Origin: Eledone cirrhosa
Lineage: Eukaryota
Length of the DNA stretch: 64,000 nt
Assembly: GCA_964016885.1 (NCBI GenBank)
Contig: OZ024752.1
Span: 31,248,001-31,312,000 of the forward strand
Direction of reading: 5' to 3'
The position numbers were made by a program, and so were the translations under genes. Below, one piece after another: positions 15,508-33,470 of this stretch (positions within the stretch are counted from its first letter, which is position 1; each line of letters opens with the position of its first letter). The notes beneath the pieces were generated by a model. That model searched no databases. It saw nothing but the letters and a program-made list of their open reading frames with translations, and was not told the origin of the DNA.

Positions 15508-16030
15508 TAAAATAAAGTTAAATAAAAGTCAAATGATTAAAATTTAGCTTCGTTTATTACTGTTATATATATTTCAGTGACAGCCATCTTTGGCTGTGAC
15601 CTCTTCAGGCAGTTTGAATTAGTATGGTATAGACAAGTACATATGTTGTTTAGGTGTATGATATTGTCAATACTCTGATATGCCCAGTTCCTTGTTGGGT
15701 TGTTAATTCACTGGGGAACTGGAGTCATATGAATTAACAACCCAACAAGGAACTGGGCATATCAGAGTATTGACAATATCATACACCTAAACAACATATG
15801 TACTTGTCTATACCATACTAATTCAAACTGCCTGAAGAGGTCACAGCCAAAGATGGCTGTCACTGAAATATATATAGCAGTAATAAACGAAGCTAAATTT
15901 TAATCATTTGACTTTTATTTAACTTTATTTTACACTACTCCGGAGTAACCAAACCAACCTGCGCACTTCGTCGAATGCTCCAGCCTGCATACTGAGGTGT
16001 TGGTATACAATCAACATAAACTCAAAATCT
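15508..16030 (+). mobile_element. Fold-back PLE pLTR remnant (family F): arms 15508-15710 / 15730-15932 plus ~98-bp tail
   Basis: Near-perfect ~200-bp inverted repeat, HHR in each arm, TA flanks. Confidence 0.85.
15827..15881 (+). ncRNA. Type I HHR (family F); mirror copy on minus strand at 15559-15613
   Basis: ACUGC-CUGAAGA-G...ACAGCCA(AAGA)UGGCUGU...GAAA-UAUAUA-UA/GCAGU. Confidence 0.8.
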
Positions 16031-16978
<948 letters not shown>

Positions 16979-18481
16979 ACAATATTAAATAAATGGAAAC
17001 TATATTTATAAAACCATATTTATTTCATTATATATATTTCAGGGATATCATATTAACAATATGCTATGCCTTCCTCAGACAAAATACAATATAAACAGTT
17101 TTATAGATAAATAGATTCGACATACCGTAACAACATCTACTTGCATTTGAGAAGGTTGATTTGGTAGTGACAAAATTGTACACAGAGAGAAAGAAAGAGA
17201 GAGAGAAAGAGAGAAAAAGAGAGAAAAAAGGAAAGAAAGACAGAACACGAAGAAAAAGAAAAAGAAGAAATGCATGGAACAAAATAGAGAGATGGAAAGA
17301 TAGATAAAGAGAAGAACTTCATGTAAAGAAACAGAAAGAGATATATATATATATATAGAGAGAGGAAATAGAGATAGATACATATATATAGAAAGCTATG
17401 TAGTGGGACGACTGTTGAATAACGTATCAATGATACATTTATTTATTTATTTATTTATTTAGCTCTAGTATTAATGTAAGGGAGATATATGGAGGGAAAA
17501 CCAGCCGTTATATAGGGAGAGAAAAAATATAGAGAGAAAAAAAAAAAAAAAAGAGAGAGAAAAAATTTAAAAACATCCAGACACAGGCGAGGCGTAAAAA
17601 CCTCTGTTTTAATGTAGAGGTAATTAGTATTTACAAAACCAGCCTCTACATTGTAAATATCAGTATTCCTGAATGAGATATGTATCCACAATGTGTGAAA
17701 ATTAATGATCTTATGTTTAGTTTTTTAAAAAATTCATATGTTTATGTGATAATTACAAACATCTATGTGAATGTACATGATCAATTCTACAAACCCTAAG
17801 TTCACGGAAAGTATTCTCAATGCGGTATAAAAATTTAAGTATACATATATGTGTATATAGAGTCAATATTACTATTTCTGTCTCTACTCTACAAGATTAT
17901 CTATTAAGCAAAGATAGAGCAGATTTCAATATACTAATAAAAATAAAAATAAAAATATATCGGAAACAAAACTAAAAATAACAATAATAATAATAAGTAA
18001 TAATAAAATAGAAAACTAAGAAATATTACGAAAGAATATTACATATTAAAAATATTACATATTAAAAAATTTACATATTAAAAATATTAAAAATAAAAAT
18101 TAGGAAATACTACAATAATAAAAATAAAATAAACCACAAAGATCAACCCTTCAAAATTAATTGACAATATATTGCCAAGTTCATTATAAACATCAGAGTC
18201 GAAAAACAGATAAAGCCAAAAATTATCTATCAAATCGCATCTAGCAAAGATCATTTCAAAAAGTATAGGATGCCCAATTTGGTCTACATGTGTTCTTATA
18301 TTTAATATAGAAGTTTATCTAGTGTAACATTTATTCGAAATATTTGGAGCATCAACTTTTAGGATAGCTTAATTTTTCATGAAGAATGTTTAAATAAATA
18401 AAATAAAAATAAAAAGAATAAAAAGAGAATCAAAGATTTATCGGCTAGTTTCCCATATAATTATAAATCAAACTAAATATA

Positions 18482-19674
18482 CTACATTTTAAATTTAAAT
18501 TTATATTTAAACGTTGAGTTTAATCTATGTTTGCAACAACTGAATAAATTTGTCCGTAGATTAAGGGAATTTTTAGATTTTAGTATAAAGAATATCTCCT
18601 CTGCGCAGAGGTCACATGTCTCAGAGGATGAATTAAAAGGAATCCCTCTTGAGACTATATTCCAAGCCGTCGAATATCTAACGTTATCTAGCTTAAGTTG
18701 CCATAGTACGCCTGATAGTGCCGTTGAAGATTTTTTACTTGGATCTGTGAAAGAATTCTTGTGGTTATTATAGCGAAGTTTAAATTCCGTCGATGTGGAA
18801 CCGACGTAGTTAAAAGAATTAGAATCAGTATTAACATTACAATTGTATACTATATTTTTAACTAAGCAGTTGTTATTTAACGGACATTTAGATCTATCTC
18901 TACAGTTACATTTGTTAACTTGTATATTATTTATGCTGTTATCACTAGGTTTTAAGTTCCTATTATTTATTCTATTGATATTTTGTGCTAAATTTTTGGT
19001 GGATGAGTAGGTTAATTTAATTGTATGTCTATTGAAAATTGAGTGATATCTATGTGTTCTAGGGAAGCGATTATCAAGAGCTTTAAAAAATAGTTTAGCG
19101 ATGTGGGTTTTAATGTTTAGTGAGAAAGGGGGAGCAAACCAAATTATGTTCCTAGTTCTATTTCTTTTTTGGCCTTTGGAATTATTGTAATGCTTTCTAT
19201 TATAGTTGTTAAGGATGTTGCCGTAATTAAAAAAGTTGTTACTTTGTTTAGTTTGTCTATCATTATCTATGTACACAATCTTATCAGCATATCCTGCTCT
19301 AGCTAATGCTTCATTGTAGTATTGGGCTTTTTCGTCGAAAATCTTTCTATTCGACGAGATCCTAGAGATACGTTTTTGGACAGAGTTTACTATAGTGTTT
19401 TTGACAGATCTGGGGTGGTTAAAGTTTACATAGTTTAAGTTTTCATTCAACTTGTGAAAAGGATAGTGAAGACATGTGTTCAGATTTAATGTTATATCTA
19501 GGAAATTGACTATTCTATGGTTGTTTTCAATTTCTATTTTAAGATTAAAGTAATTAAAAAATTGTGTAATTTGTTTACATTTTCTATTTAGTTCAGAGTT
19601 ATTATTATCAATAAGTAAAAGCATGTCGTCTCTATATAAACCTCCGGTAGTACCGGGTATTTTCCTATTTTTCT
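18482..19674 (-). CDS. Naiad PLE RT (from the YRDD motif) + GIY-YIG (partial)
   Basis: GLYRDD, VNFLDITLNL, IIWFAPPFS, CNCRDRSKCPLNNNC, IVYNCNV..YVGST..FKLRYNNH, CDLCAEE, LNLRT...CKH. Confidence 0.92.
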
Positions 19675-19773
19675 CTGTGTACAATTTTGTCACTACCAAA
19701 TCAACCTTCTCAAATGCAAGTAGATGTTGTTACGGTATGTCGAATCTATTTATCTATAAAACTGTTTATATTG

Positions 19774-19839
19774 TATTTTGTCTGAGGAAGGCATAGCATA
19801 TTGTTAATATGATATCCCTGAAATATATATAATGAAATA
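19774..19839 (+). ncRNA. Type I HHR (family G); mirror copy on minus strand at 17021-17086
   Basis: UAUUUUGU-CUGAGGA-AGG...CCU-GAAA-UAUAUA-UA/AUGAAAUA. Confidence 0.7.
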
Positions 19840-19968
19840 AATATGGTTTTATAAATATAGTTTCCATTTATTTAATATTGTAAATATACTCCAAATATTT
19901 GTCGAGTGCTTTTATATCAGTTATAAATATTTACTAGTTGTAACCCAACAATTTAAATATAACTTTCC

Positions 19969-20949
<981 letters not shown>

Positions 20950-20955
<6 letters not shown>

Positions 20956-22599
20956 ATATTTGGGGAGGGTCATATTTGCGTAATATTGCCAGAATTAATA
21001 ACAGAACACACTCACTGTTTGGTTGGTTTTCGCTTCTCGCTGTCTTTTATATATATATATCTGCGATCTAACTTACTCGGTCCTCAATGTTGCCATTGAC
21101 TGACCGGCGGTCAAAAATAATACAGATACAATATAGACACAAACACATATATATAGTTTACATAATTTACATAAATCTTTCGTTGCACATCTGCAACATC
21201 GTCAGTGGTGTTATATTCATTGTTCCTCCTGTTGTGTTGTATGTCTACGCCATTTTTTTTTTGTTCAGTCTGTCTATATATTTATTTATTTATTTGCTTG
21301 TTTGTTTATCTTATTTTATTTTGTCTTCTTTGCGCATGCGTTTGCGTGTGTGTATAGTGTGATGTGTGACTAGTGTGTATAGTGTTGTGTCTGCTGGGTG
21401 ACTAGTGTGTGTTTATGTGCTTGTGTATGTATTTATTTATCTTATTTTATTTAATTTTATTTACTTATTTATACTTCTCTTAGGTCAGTGTTGTTTGTTT
21501 GGGTGTTGTTGTTGTTCCACTCATTCTTTCTGTTTAGCTTTGGTCTTCTAGTTTCTATTTCACTGGCCTCTCTGATTTGCCTATCTGCTGGGTCATTCCT
21601 ATGTTTAGATATTATTCTAATTTCTATGTTGTCTATGTTACCGTCATGTTGTTGTCTAGCATGTTCGTATAGTACTGACCCGTTTTTTCGTCCTTTTAGT
21701 TCCCCCCAGTGTTGGTCTATCCTTTCACCTATGCTACGAGCTGTCTCACCTATGTATGTTGTTGTCATGTTTCTGCAAGTACCCTCTGTACATCTTATGC
21801 TATAGACTACGTTTCTAGTTTTACAGTTTATCCGGGGGTTCACCTTACAAATGATACATTTCCTATTGGTACAGTGGGTTTTCTTAAAAGGGTAGGTTTT
21901 GCTGATCAGGGATTTTATGGTGGTTCCTGGATTTTCTACCACCTTTATTTTTAAGTGGGTCTTTCTCAGGGTCTTTCTCAGGGCCTTTCTACACTGTTTA
22001 GCTAATTTCCCTCCAGGGGTGGCGTCCACAAACATGACACTCTGATATCTCTGGTTGTCGTACCATGATGTGGCCTTCCCTATCTTATGTCTAGCCCTAT
22101 CTAAGCTATTCCATGATTTGCTCCTGTATAGTGGGCAAATTCCTTTCATGTCCAGTTCTATGAGGGTCTTATACTTTTCCATGGCTCCTTCGTATACTCT
22201 GACTCTGTCTCTTTGGTTGTAGCCAGAGAACTGCATGCGGTTGATGAAGTGTTGGATGTGTCCTTCCATTTCTGTTGGGTCGCACATGCTGGACACATTC
22301 TTCATCACTCGTACCAAATCTGCGATCAGAATATTAAACTTAGCACTACTGGACATTGCTGAGTTTTTGAGTATCAGGTATTTGGAGGCCATGGGTTTAG
22401 CATAGTGTGAGTGGAGAATTTGGGCTCTCTCGTCTATAGTGTTAATCCAGAGTTCTGTGTCTAATACAGGTAGTCTATTGTTAGGGTGTTTGGAAGGGAA
22501 GTCTATAGTTACAGTTATACTCTGGTGTATGGAATTAGCTATCTGCTGGATGCTTTCCATCGTGCTACGTTCTAAATCAAACTTGTTAGTGCTCTCTAG
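20950..22599 (-). mobile_element. Second, shorter copy of PLE family D (tail-less 3' end; ORF remnant 21469-22599; HHR ~21168-21212)
   Basis: Near-identical to 6463-8112; the protein differs at only a few residues. Confidence 0.93.
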
Positions 22600-22752
22600 A
22601 GAGATAAAATTCTACCTTTGTTTTGTTTTCATCTTTGTCTCTCTCAACTTTCACTTTCACCTGTTTTTCCTATCTATATTTCACTTCCTACCTCGAGATT
22701 TCCCTTTGCATTGTTGTGGCTTTCTTAAATACGTATTTTTACACATTTCACA

Positions 22753-25383
22753 ATGCTTCAAGCAAACTTTAACACCCTCTTATCATTACACCTGAGCCAG
22801 GACTTGTTTGCACCCATAAGGGACCTATTCAGACTATCGGAGAATCGTGCCAAACTCGGTTGCCAAATTACCTTCTTAAAACGCTGCCTAAAGAACAACA
22901 TCATTCCAACCACCATCAGGAATATACATCTACCCGAATGTTTACGATCACCATCCTTCGAAAACACCATCCGCCACATTCAACGCACTTTTATCAAGAA
23001 AATACTACGACACAACCACCACCAACTGCGACTCCATATACAAACGCTTTCTGAGCACTTAGATCGTATAGCTCCAATCCTCACCCCTGACCACCAAGTC
23101 CAGGATATACGCAAAGCTATAGATCAGTGTTACCACACCAGAGTCAAATTTGATAAACAGCGCCTTGTACGGAAATACGAATGGACTGTAAACAAATATT
23201 ACATTGACAACATCCGCTCCCACAGACGGACCGACTACAACCACACCAGGGGCAACAGCTGTACAACACCCTCCGCTACACCCCCCAACATCGATCTACC
23301 TACCAACGATGCTTCACACCTCGTTACCGACTTAACCGGTACCCTCACCAACGACGAACTCGAACTTCTGCGCCTCGGACCCAAGTTTATCATTACACAG
23401 CGTCTCGATGATAGACTGAAACTCGACATCGAAACCAACTTCTGTCGGACAGCTTATCAACTGAAATGGCTAACCGCCATCCAAAACAACACCGAGATCG
23501 ATTACAACCCCACAACCCACCCCACACTCCCCACGTATCACCTCGACAACCCACTCCACCCCCCACCCACCAACCACGAACTTGACACTAAACTACTCAG
23601 GTTGAAACATTCTATCTCTAGCATCCTTTCCCAACACACACACACACACAATAAACGCAACCTCACCAATGCACAATTTAATACTCTCACCAACCTAAGA
23701 TCCAGGAACCTTGTGTACCTTCCCTCTGACAAGGGGAAAGAATTCTGTGTCATCTCGAGAGAGACCTACAACAACTTAGCTCTCCAACATCTTAATGACC
23801 ACAGCCTCTACTCGAAAGTCACAGGGACCTCCTCGACTCTAATCGAGGAAGGCATTAACACCATATGGACTAACATCTGTGTCCAACGAAAACTGCCAAA
23901 GAAGGTAAAAAACAACATAATGACTCGAAACAGCAAATTACCCACCTTCTACCACCTGGTCAAAACACATAAACAAGGACCCGATTTGAAAATCAGGCCC
24001 ATTGTCTCTAGCGTGGAGGGCCCACTCTATAAAATATCGTGGCTGCTCTCCACACTACTGAAACTTATTCTACACACACTACCAGCCCACGTCTGCAGCT
24101 CAAAGGAAGTCTTGGAGCGACTACACCATCTGGCGCCCAACACCAGAAAGGACAACGGTTATGCCTTCAGTCTTGATGTGGTCGCCCTTTATACCTCCGT
24201 ACCAGCATCCCCAGCTGTCTACCTGTTGACCGAACGAGTCCGAGCATCTAACTTACACTGCTTCGGACTCACACACACGGACATCCACCAACTCCTCTCC
24301 TTCGTTGTGGATAATGCACTCTTCAATTTCCTCGGCCACACGTACAAACAAATCTCTGGGCTACCTATGGGCTCTAGTCTGTCCGGCATACTTGCGATCT
24401 CGTACATGGACCACCTGGAACGCAAGGCACTCAATACCTGCCAACCCAACGCCGTCGCCTTCTACTCCAGATACGTTGATGATATCCTGATACTTACTTC
24501 TTCCCGGGAGATGGCGAATGAAATTCACCAAATCTTCAACGATACTGACCAACACATCGATTTCACCATCGAACACCCGGGAGAAGACGGGTCACTCGGC
24601 CTCCTCGACTTCCATATCAACATCTCGGAAGAAGGAGACATAAACACCACTTTCTACCGCAAAGCAGCGTGCAAGGACTTATTTGTGCATTATAACTCAG
24701 CCCTCCCCAACAACGCTAAGAGAGGCTATGTCCTAAATGAACTGACACGGATCACTAACAGATGCAGCGACCCGATGGGTGGTCTCACCCATACCACGCA
24801 ATTCCGTAATCTACTCAGATCTAATGGTTATCCCAAGCGACTGATTAACGGAATTAGAGACCCCAGACCCAGTAGACTGACACCCACTAGAAAACTTAAT
24901 ATTAGCAGGTGCTTCTTTAAAATCCCCCACCTGAGTGAATATACCACGAACGCCATCCGCAGGGCCATACGTACGGAGGGACTTGACATACATTTGGCCC
25001 ACACAGGACCTTCGCTGCGAAGATGCCTCTCCAACAAACCCTACGAGGCAGATGGGACGTGTTCCCTCAGCAACTGCCCGATACGGGGGGCAGATTGCCT
25101 ACGCACCTATGTCGTATATAAGATTCAATGCGATAAATGTAACAAGTTTTACATAGGTAGCACCATCCGACCCCTACATGTTCGTATCAAGGAACATATC
25201 AACACCAACGCATCTTCCTTCCGTAAACATATCCTCAAATGCGGAAACCCACAGGGTAGACCCTTGGTCACAGTCCTAGCGACTGAACGCAGCATCGGAT
25301 CCTTAAGGATAAAGGAAGCACTTGTTATTAAGAACCTCAGACCCCCACTTAACAACCGGGCTGAGAGAAATGAGCTGACATAG
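22753..25383 (+). CDS. PLE polyprotein, RT + GIY-YIG endonuclease, 876 aa
   Basis: FLKRCLKNNIIP, LLRLGPKF, PSDKG, FYHLVKTHK, IRPIVS, SLDVVALYTSVP, GLPMGSSLS, YSRYVDD, VVYKIQCDKCNKFYIGSTIRPLHVRIKEH, IKEALVI...PPLN. Confidence 0.95.
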   Translation: MLQANFNTLLSLHLSQDLFAPIRDLFRLSENRAKLGCQITFLKRCLKNNIIPTTIRNIHLPECLRSPSFENTIRHIQRTFIKKILRHNHHQLRLHIQTLSEHLDRIAPILTPDHQVQDIRKAIDQCYHTRVKFDKQRLVRKYEWTVNKYYIDNIRSHRRTDYNHTRGNSCTTPSATPPNIDLPTNDASHLVTDLTGTLTNDELELLRLGPKFIITQRLDDRLKLDIETNFCRTAYQLKWLTAIQNNTEIDYNPTTHPTLPTYHLDNPLHPPPTNHELDTKLLRLKHSISSILSQHTHTHNKRNLTNAQFNTLTNLRSRNLVYLPSDKGKEFCVISRETYNNLALQHLNDHSLYSKVTGTSSTLIEEGINTIWTNICVQRKLPKKVKNNIMTRNSKLPTFYHLVKTHKQGPDLKIRPIVSSVEGPLYKISWLLSTLLKLILHTLPAHVCSSKEVLERLHHLAPNTRKDNGYAFSLDVVALYTSVPASPAVYLLTERVRASNLHCFGLTHTDIHQLLSFVVDNALFNFLGHTYKQISGLPMGSSLSGILAISYMDHLERKALNTCQPNAVAFYSRYVDDILILTSSREMANEIHQIFNDTDQHIDFTIEHPGEDGSLGLLDFHINISEEGDINTTFYRKAACKDLFVHYNSALPNNAKRGYVLNELTRITNRCSDPMGGLTHTTQFRNLLRSNGYPKRLINGIRDPRPSRLTPTRKLNISRCFFKIPHLSEYTTNAIRRAIRTEGLDIHLAHTGPSLRRCLSNKPYEADGTCSLSNCPIRGADCLRTYVVYKIQCDKCNKFYIGSTIRPLHVRIKEHINTNASSFRKHILKCGNPQGRPLVTVLATERSIGSLRIKEALVIKNLRPPLNNRAERNELT

Positions 25384-26001
25384 CTAACTTAACCATAATG
25401 ACCATTCACAGCCTACGGCCTGCTATCTTCACACACACGCACGTATATGCATACCCATACGCATGCACACACACTTCTATATTTTACACGCACACATGTT
25501 TTTACAACCTACCACCTTTCACACCCTTTGATTTCCAGCTTCTACAGCCCACTATCTTTCACACACAAACGCACTCACACATATACATACACAGTTACAC
25601 ACACACATGTATACCCATACGCTTACACACACACACATCTATATTTATACACGCACACATATTTTACAACCTACCACCTTTCACACCCTTTGATTTCCAA
25701 CTTCTACAGCCCACTATCTTTCACACACACACACACTCACACATATACACACTTACACTTATACACACACTTATACACACACATATATATTTACATACAC
25801 ATATCTTACGGCTTTCACACGCTAACGCACCCTCTTGATTTAACCCATTTGGTCAGTAGCTTTTGCCACAGCTTATCACGCGCACGCGCATTCTCTCCCT
25901 CGTTTAAATTTTAAATATTTTTCTCCCCATAACGGCATTCCTGTCTTAACGACATCACCACTTTCTCCGCTTGGCCTGTTTTTCCCCCCTTTTGGAACTT
26001 T

Positions 26002-26037
26002 TCCCCCGTTGATGGGCGTGAGCCCGAAATATTGGGA
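26002..26037 (+). ncRNA. Degenerate or variant minimal HHR (family H)
   Basis: UCCC-CCGUUGA-U-GGGC(GUGA)GCCC-GAAA-UA-UU/GGGA; core differs at positions 4 and 6. Confidence 0.45.
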
Positions 26038-26232
26038 TTAAAATCTCTACTACGGTAACCCTTCTACCTTTGTTTTGTTTTCATCTTTGTTTCTCTCAAC
26101 TTTCACTTTCACCTGTTTTTCCTATCTATATTTCACTTCCTACCTCGAGATTTCCCTTTGCATTGTTGTGGCTTTCTTAAATACGTATTTTTACACATTT
26201 CACAATGCTTCAAGCAAACTTTAACACCCTCT

Positions 26233-26882
<650 letters not shown>

Positions 26883-27435
26883 TATTTATTAAAATAACAG
26901 ATTAAAGTTTAAGCAAAGAATCGCTGCTTTCACCCTTAACGGGATCTTCTGAAACTAACAAAGTCAATCTGTAAACGCAGAACTGGATACCTTACCATAG
27001 GTATACAAAACCACGCACATATAAATATGTGCATGTGTGTATGCTTGTGTACAAATAAATAAATAATTATATAAACGTATATAAGTAAATAAATACGTAT
27101 ATAACAAGCGCACACACATACCTACAAATAAATACATGAAGGTTCGGAGACGTAAGTCAACTAAAACAAGAAGTACACATATACACACACCCACCATACG
27201 TACGAACCTGCATACTCACGCAGACGCAAAACTCCCATATACACATAACCAAGCCCTAAATACCAGAATATGTAAAAATTATACGCCAAAACAGTCAAAT
27301 ATACGTACGAGAAGGTATACATACCTTCACAAAACATACGGGTAATATATACTTACCTATGCAAAAAGTAAAGGAATAAACAAAACATATACTTAGCTCC
27401 CACATCAAGACGTAAATATCCACGTATAGATCGTG

Positions 27436-27567
27436 CTATCCGTTAGGGTAAAACGTAGGGCTGTAATACAGGAAAGTTTTGTGCAATTTATGTTTACAAG
27501 CCGAAATTGCCTCAGATTTTTTGTTTAAGATGTGGTCTGTGGCGTAGAGTATTTCCAGGGCCTCAGC
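27436..27567 (-). pseudogene. C-terminal 43 aa of a Naiad GIY-YIG domain
   Basis: Hand translation AEALEILYATDHILNKKSEAISACKHKLHKTFLYYSPTFYPNG*, with the same E..I...LNKKSE....C.H motif as families A, E and G. Confidence 0.8.
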
Positions 27568-28177
27568 GTATCTATTTACTTATATACTTATATACTTATA
27601 TACTTATATACGTTTATATAATTATTTATTTATTTGTACACAAGCATACACACATGCACATATTTATATGTGCGTGGTTTTGTATACCTATGGTAAGGTT
27701 TTGCGTATGCTTGTGTATGTACGTATCTGTTTGCGTGTATTTATTTATTTGTTCCTATTACTTCTGTATTGTATTTATTTACTTTGTTCTTAACTCTGTA
27801 GCGGAGATTCATTCGGTCTCCTAGCTAGAATTTTAGTCTACGACTTCTGCTATACCATTTACGTAGTTTTGTCTTTGCATGCTATTGTTCTCCACGCTCC
27901 ACATATGACTTATTATCTTCGTTTTTTCGTTCATTGCCAGAGAACGTCTCTATGCACCACTTAGAGAACATTAGTCTACGACCTCTTTTATACCATAAAC
28001 GTGGTTCTGTCCTTGCACGTAATTGTTTTTCACCGCTCCTATTAATGACGTATTATTCGTTTTTTCCCGTTCTTTGCCAGCGAACCTCACCATGAACCAA
28101 AGTATCGTCTTCCTGTCTTCCTCCGGTTGCAACGTTTTTTGAAATATCCAGTTCTGCGTTTACAGATTGACTTTGTT

Positions 28178-28228
28178 AGTTTCAGAAGATCCCGTTAAGG
28201 GTGAAAGCAGCGATTCTTTGCTTAAACT
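28178..28228 (+). ncRNA. Type I HHR with A4 core variant (family I); mirror copy on minus strand at 26906-26956
   Basis: AGUUU-CAGAAGA-U-CCC(GUUAA)GGG-U-GAAA-GCAG(CGAUUCU)UUG-CUU/AAACU. Confidence 0.65.
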
Positions 28229-28339
28229 TTAATCTGTTATTTTAATAAATATTTGCTCTTCGGTTCTTATATATTTGATATATATTTTCCTTATCGAGCC
28301 CTCTCTGGATTTTAGTCTTCAATTTTATTATTATTACTA

Positions 28340-31187
<2,848 letters not shown>

Positions 31188-31304
31188 TCTGTTTTTAGCC
31201 TAAGAAAATACCTGTATAAATAATACATGCATATATTTATTTTTTTAAAAGTCTAATTGAGTTCTTCACACGCAAGGTTAAAATTGTTGAAAAAATTAAT
31301 TGAC

Positions 31305-31805
31305 CCACGTGTATATTATTTTAAATCCTTGTGTTTCGCGATTACTTCCCCTTTCCGCTTGAAGACAGTATGAGACTCCTCATTCTGAGACCGCTGGAAT
31401 TTCAAATTTGGCGGTCATTCTGATACAGAAAGAGACAATCACTGACATGGGATTAAAACATCGGTAAGAGAAGTTTTTTTTTTTATATCGATGTTTGACG
31501 GGCATCCACTGATGATTTATAAGTGCCCACCTGCATATATTCCTACGGAATGTTGTGAACGCTTCTACATAACCCGGACACATTCTCCCAACTTGTAGAA
31601 AACTTATAATGAAACAATTGTTTGGAAAAGGAGATGTATTTTAATTATGTCTCATATAAAATAATACTACTGGCCTTCCGCAAAATACATATAGTTAGCA
31701 CCCCAAACGTAAAATTGGGATTATACTAAGGTATATCCTAATGTTTGTTGAGTGAGATGGAGGCCAGTCAGAGTATAGCTTAAGGCTTTCTCTGTTAATG
31801 TATTG
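31305..31805. repeat. Unclassified ~500-bp interspersed repeat; diverged inverted copy at ~49748-50252
   Basis: Shared blocks such as GCTGGAATTTCAAATTTGGCGGTCATTC, ACTTGTAGAAAACTTATAATGAAACAATTGTTTGGAA and ATACATATAGTTAGCACCCCAAAC. Confidence 0.75.
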
Positions 31806-32214
31806 TATATATATATATATATATACATGCCTTATATATATATATATATATACATGCCTTATATATATATATCTTCTCTTGATTGCATTAGATTCAAAAT
31901 GCATTGTAAGTGTGGTTTATTGTTAGTTGCTTTTTGTCTTCAAATCACAAAAAAAAACTTTTCTGTAAATTTTCTTTGTTGCTTCTACCTGTTATAGTTA
32001 ATAAGGACAGAAAGGACGTGAATTAATTAATATTTAAATAATTTAATACTAATTACAAACGTTATTAACGCGAAGAATGAATCCTGATGTTGAAGTATAT
32101 CGTAAAATGTCTTAGCACATGGAGTTTTCAATCAAAAGCTCAATTCCACTGTTGTTGTTGTTGTTGTAGCTGAGCCCTAGATTGAGCGAACCCATGATCA
32201 AAGATCCATAATCA

Positions 32215-33140
32215 CCTGCGAATTAGCAGAGTCGTTAACACGTCGGATAGAATGCTTTATAACATTCGTCCCACCTCATTGCGCGCGCTGAGTTCAAATC
32301 CTGCTGGGGTCAACTTTGCCTTTCATCCTTTCGAGGTCGATTAAAAAAGTACCAGTCCAGTACTAGGGTCGATTCTTCAACTATAGAAAAAAAATCAGCT
32401 GTGTTCAGCCCTGGAGAGGGTTGGGCTTCGCCAGGTTTAAAAGTGCCCTAGATGCGCTGTTTGACGGTGCCTCTACGTCACCACAAGGAGTTATGGGATA
32501 TTTATCCTTCTTTAATATCAAGAACTAGATTTTTCAATGTGTATTTGTGATTGGTAAAATCTAGGATATGGTAAAAGACACTTTCCAATCCAAATAAGTC
32601 GCACAATGGAACCGAACCCGAAACCCCGTAGTTGCGAAGCGGACTTCTTGAAAAACACTGCTTGACTGGTACTTTATTTTATTGACTCTAGAAGAGATGT
32701 ACTCCGCCATGTTTTCAGGCACATTCAGGGAGGACCTGCGGGAGGTGCTAGAAGGGCCGCCAGTGGAGGACGCTCGTCGCCCAATGTTCCACAAGGGGCT
32801 GGAGGTAAGGGGCAAAGATGACCTCAGTGGAATTTGAACTCAGAACGTAAAGAGCGGGAATAAATACTGTTAAGCTTTTGTCCGACCCAATAGCGGCTCT
32901 GCCAATCCACCATTCTCAACACAAGTTTGATAATTGTTTGTTATAGAAGCACAAGGCCAGCAATTTGGTGGGAGGGGGGAAGTCGATTAAATCGACCCCA
33001 GTGCGTGACTGGTACTTTATTTTATCGACCCCGAAAGGATGAAAGCAAAGTTAACCTCGGCAGGATTTGAAACCAGAAGGTGATGTGTCGTAACTCTATG
33101 CCACAAAACATAGTGTCCGACGCTCTACCGGTTACCCTAA
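32215..33140. mobile_element. Three diverged tRNA-derived SINE copies (+ 32215-32375; - 32812-32912; - 32930-33140)
   Basis: B box GAGTTCAAATCC and core TTTCATCCTTTCGGGGTCGATAAAATAAAGTACCAG. Confidence 0.8.
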
Positions 33141-33320
33141 TCAAACACCCTAAATACGAACTTATTAATGCAAAAAGATCGATATTTCATTAAACACTAC
33201 TAAATTTGGGTCATCTTCAAAATTGTATTGAAACAGACCAGCAATATATTTCAGTATTAAGCTGTTAGGGTAACCTCTTCACGAGAGAAATTGTATATCC
33301 TTCAAAAACCTTAATATAGT

Positions 33321-33470
33321 TATTTCTTCTTCTTTTTCTTCTTCTTTCTTGGTCTTCTTTTTTTCTTTTCTTCTTTTTTTCTTTTTTCTTTTTCTTCTTT
33401 TTTCTTTTTCTTCTTTTTTTCTTCTTTTTTTCTTTTTTCTTTTTCTTTTTCTCTTTTTCTTCTTTTTCTA
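33321..33470. repeat. Polypyrimidine (CTT/TTTC) low-complexity tract
   Basis: Direct inspection. Confidence 0.9.

Larger units (their letters stand above)
16979..19968 (-). mobile_element. Naiad-type PLE family G, 5'-truncated, with inverted tailed pLTR (19675-19968)
   Basis: 16979-17186 is the reverse complement of ~19675-19882; the ORF lies between them. Confidence 0.9.
22610..26235 (+). mobile_element. Apparently full-length PLE family H with 174-bp direct pLTRs (22610-22783 / 26062-26235)
   Basis: Direct repeats nearly identical, uninterrupted ORF, 3' end runs into TA. Confidence 0.93.
26883..28339. mobile_element. Naiad-type PLE family I: minus arm (ORF end + deleted 3'UTR, tail-less) joined to plus arm (3'UTR + tail)
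   Basis: 26883-26988 = rc of 28145-28252; 26989-27087 = rc of ~27600-27698. Confidence 0.8.

Noticed and set aside
27692-28151. Segment missing from the left arm of family I, bounded by GTAAGG...CCAG like an intron
   Set aside because: The left arm retains both the GTAAGG and the TATCCAG, so it is an internal deletion, not a spliced copy.
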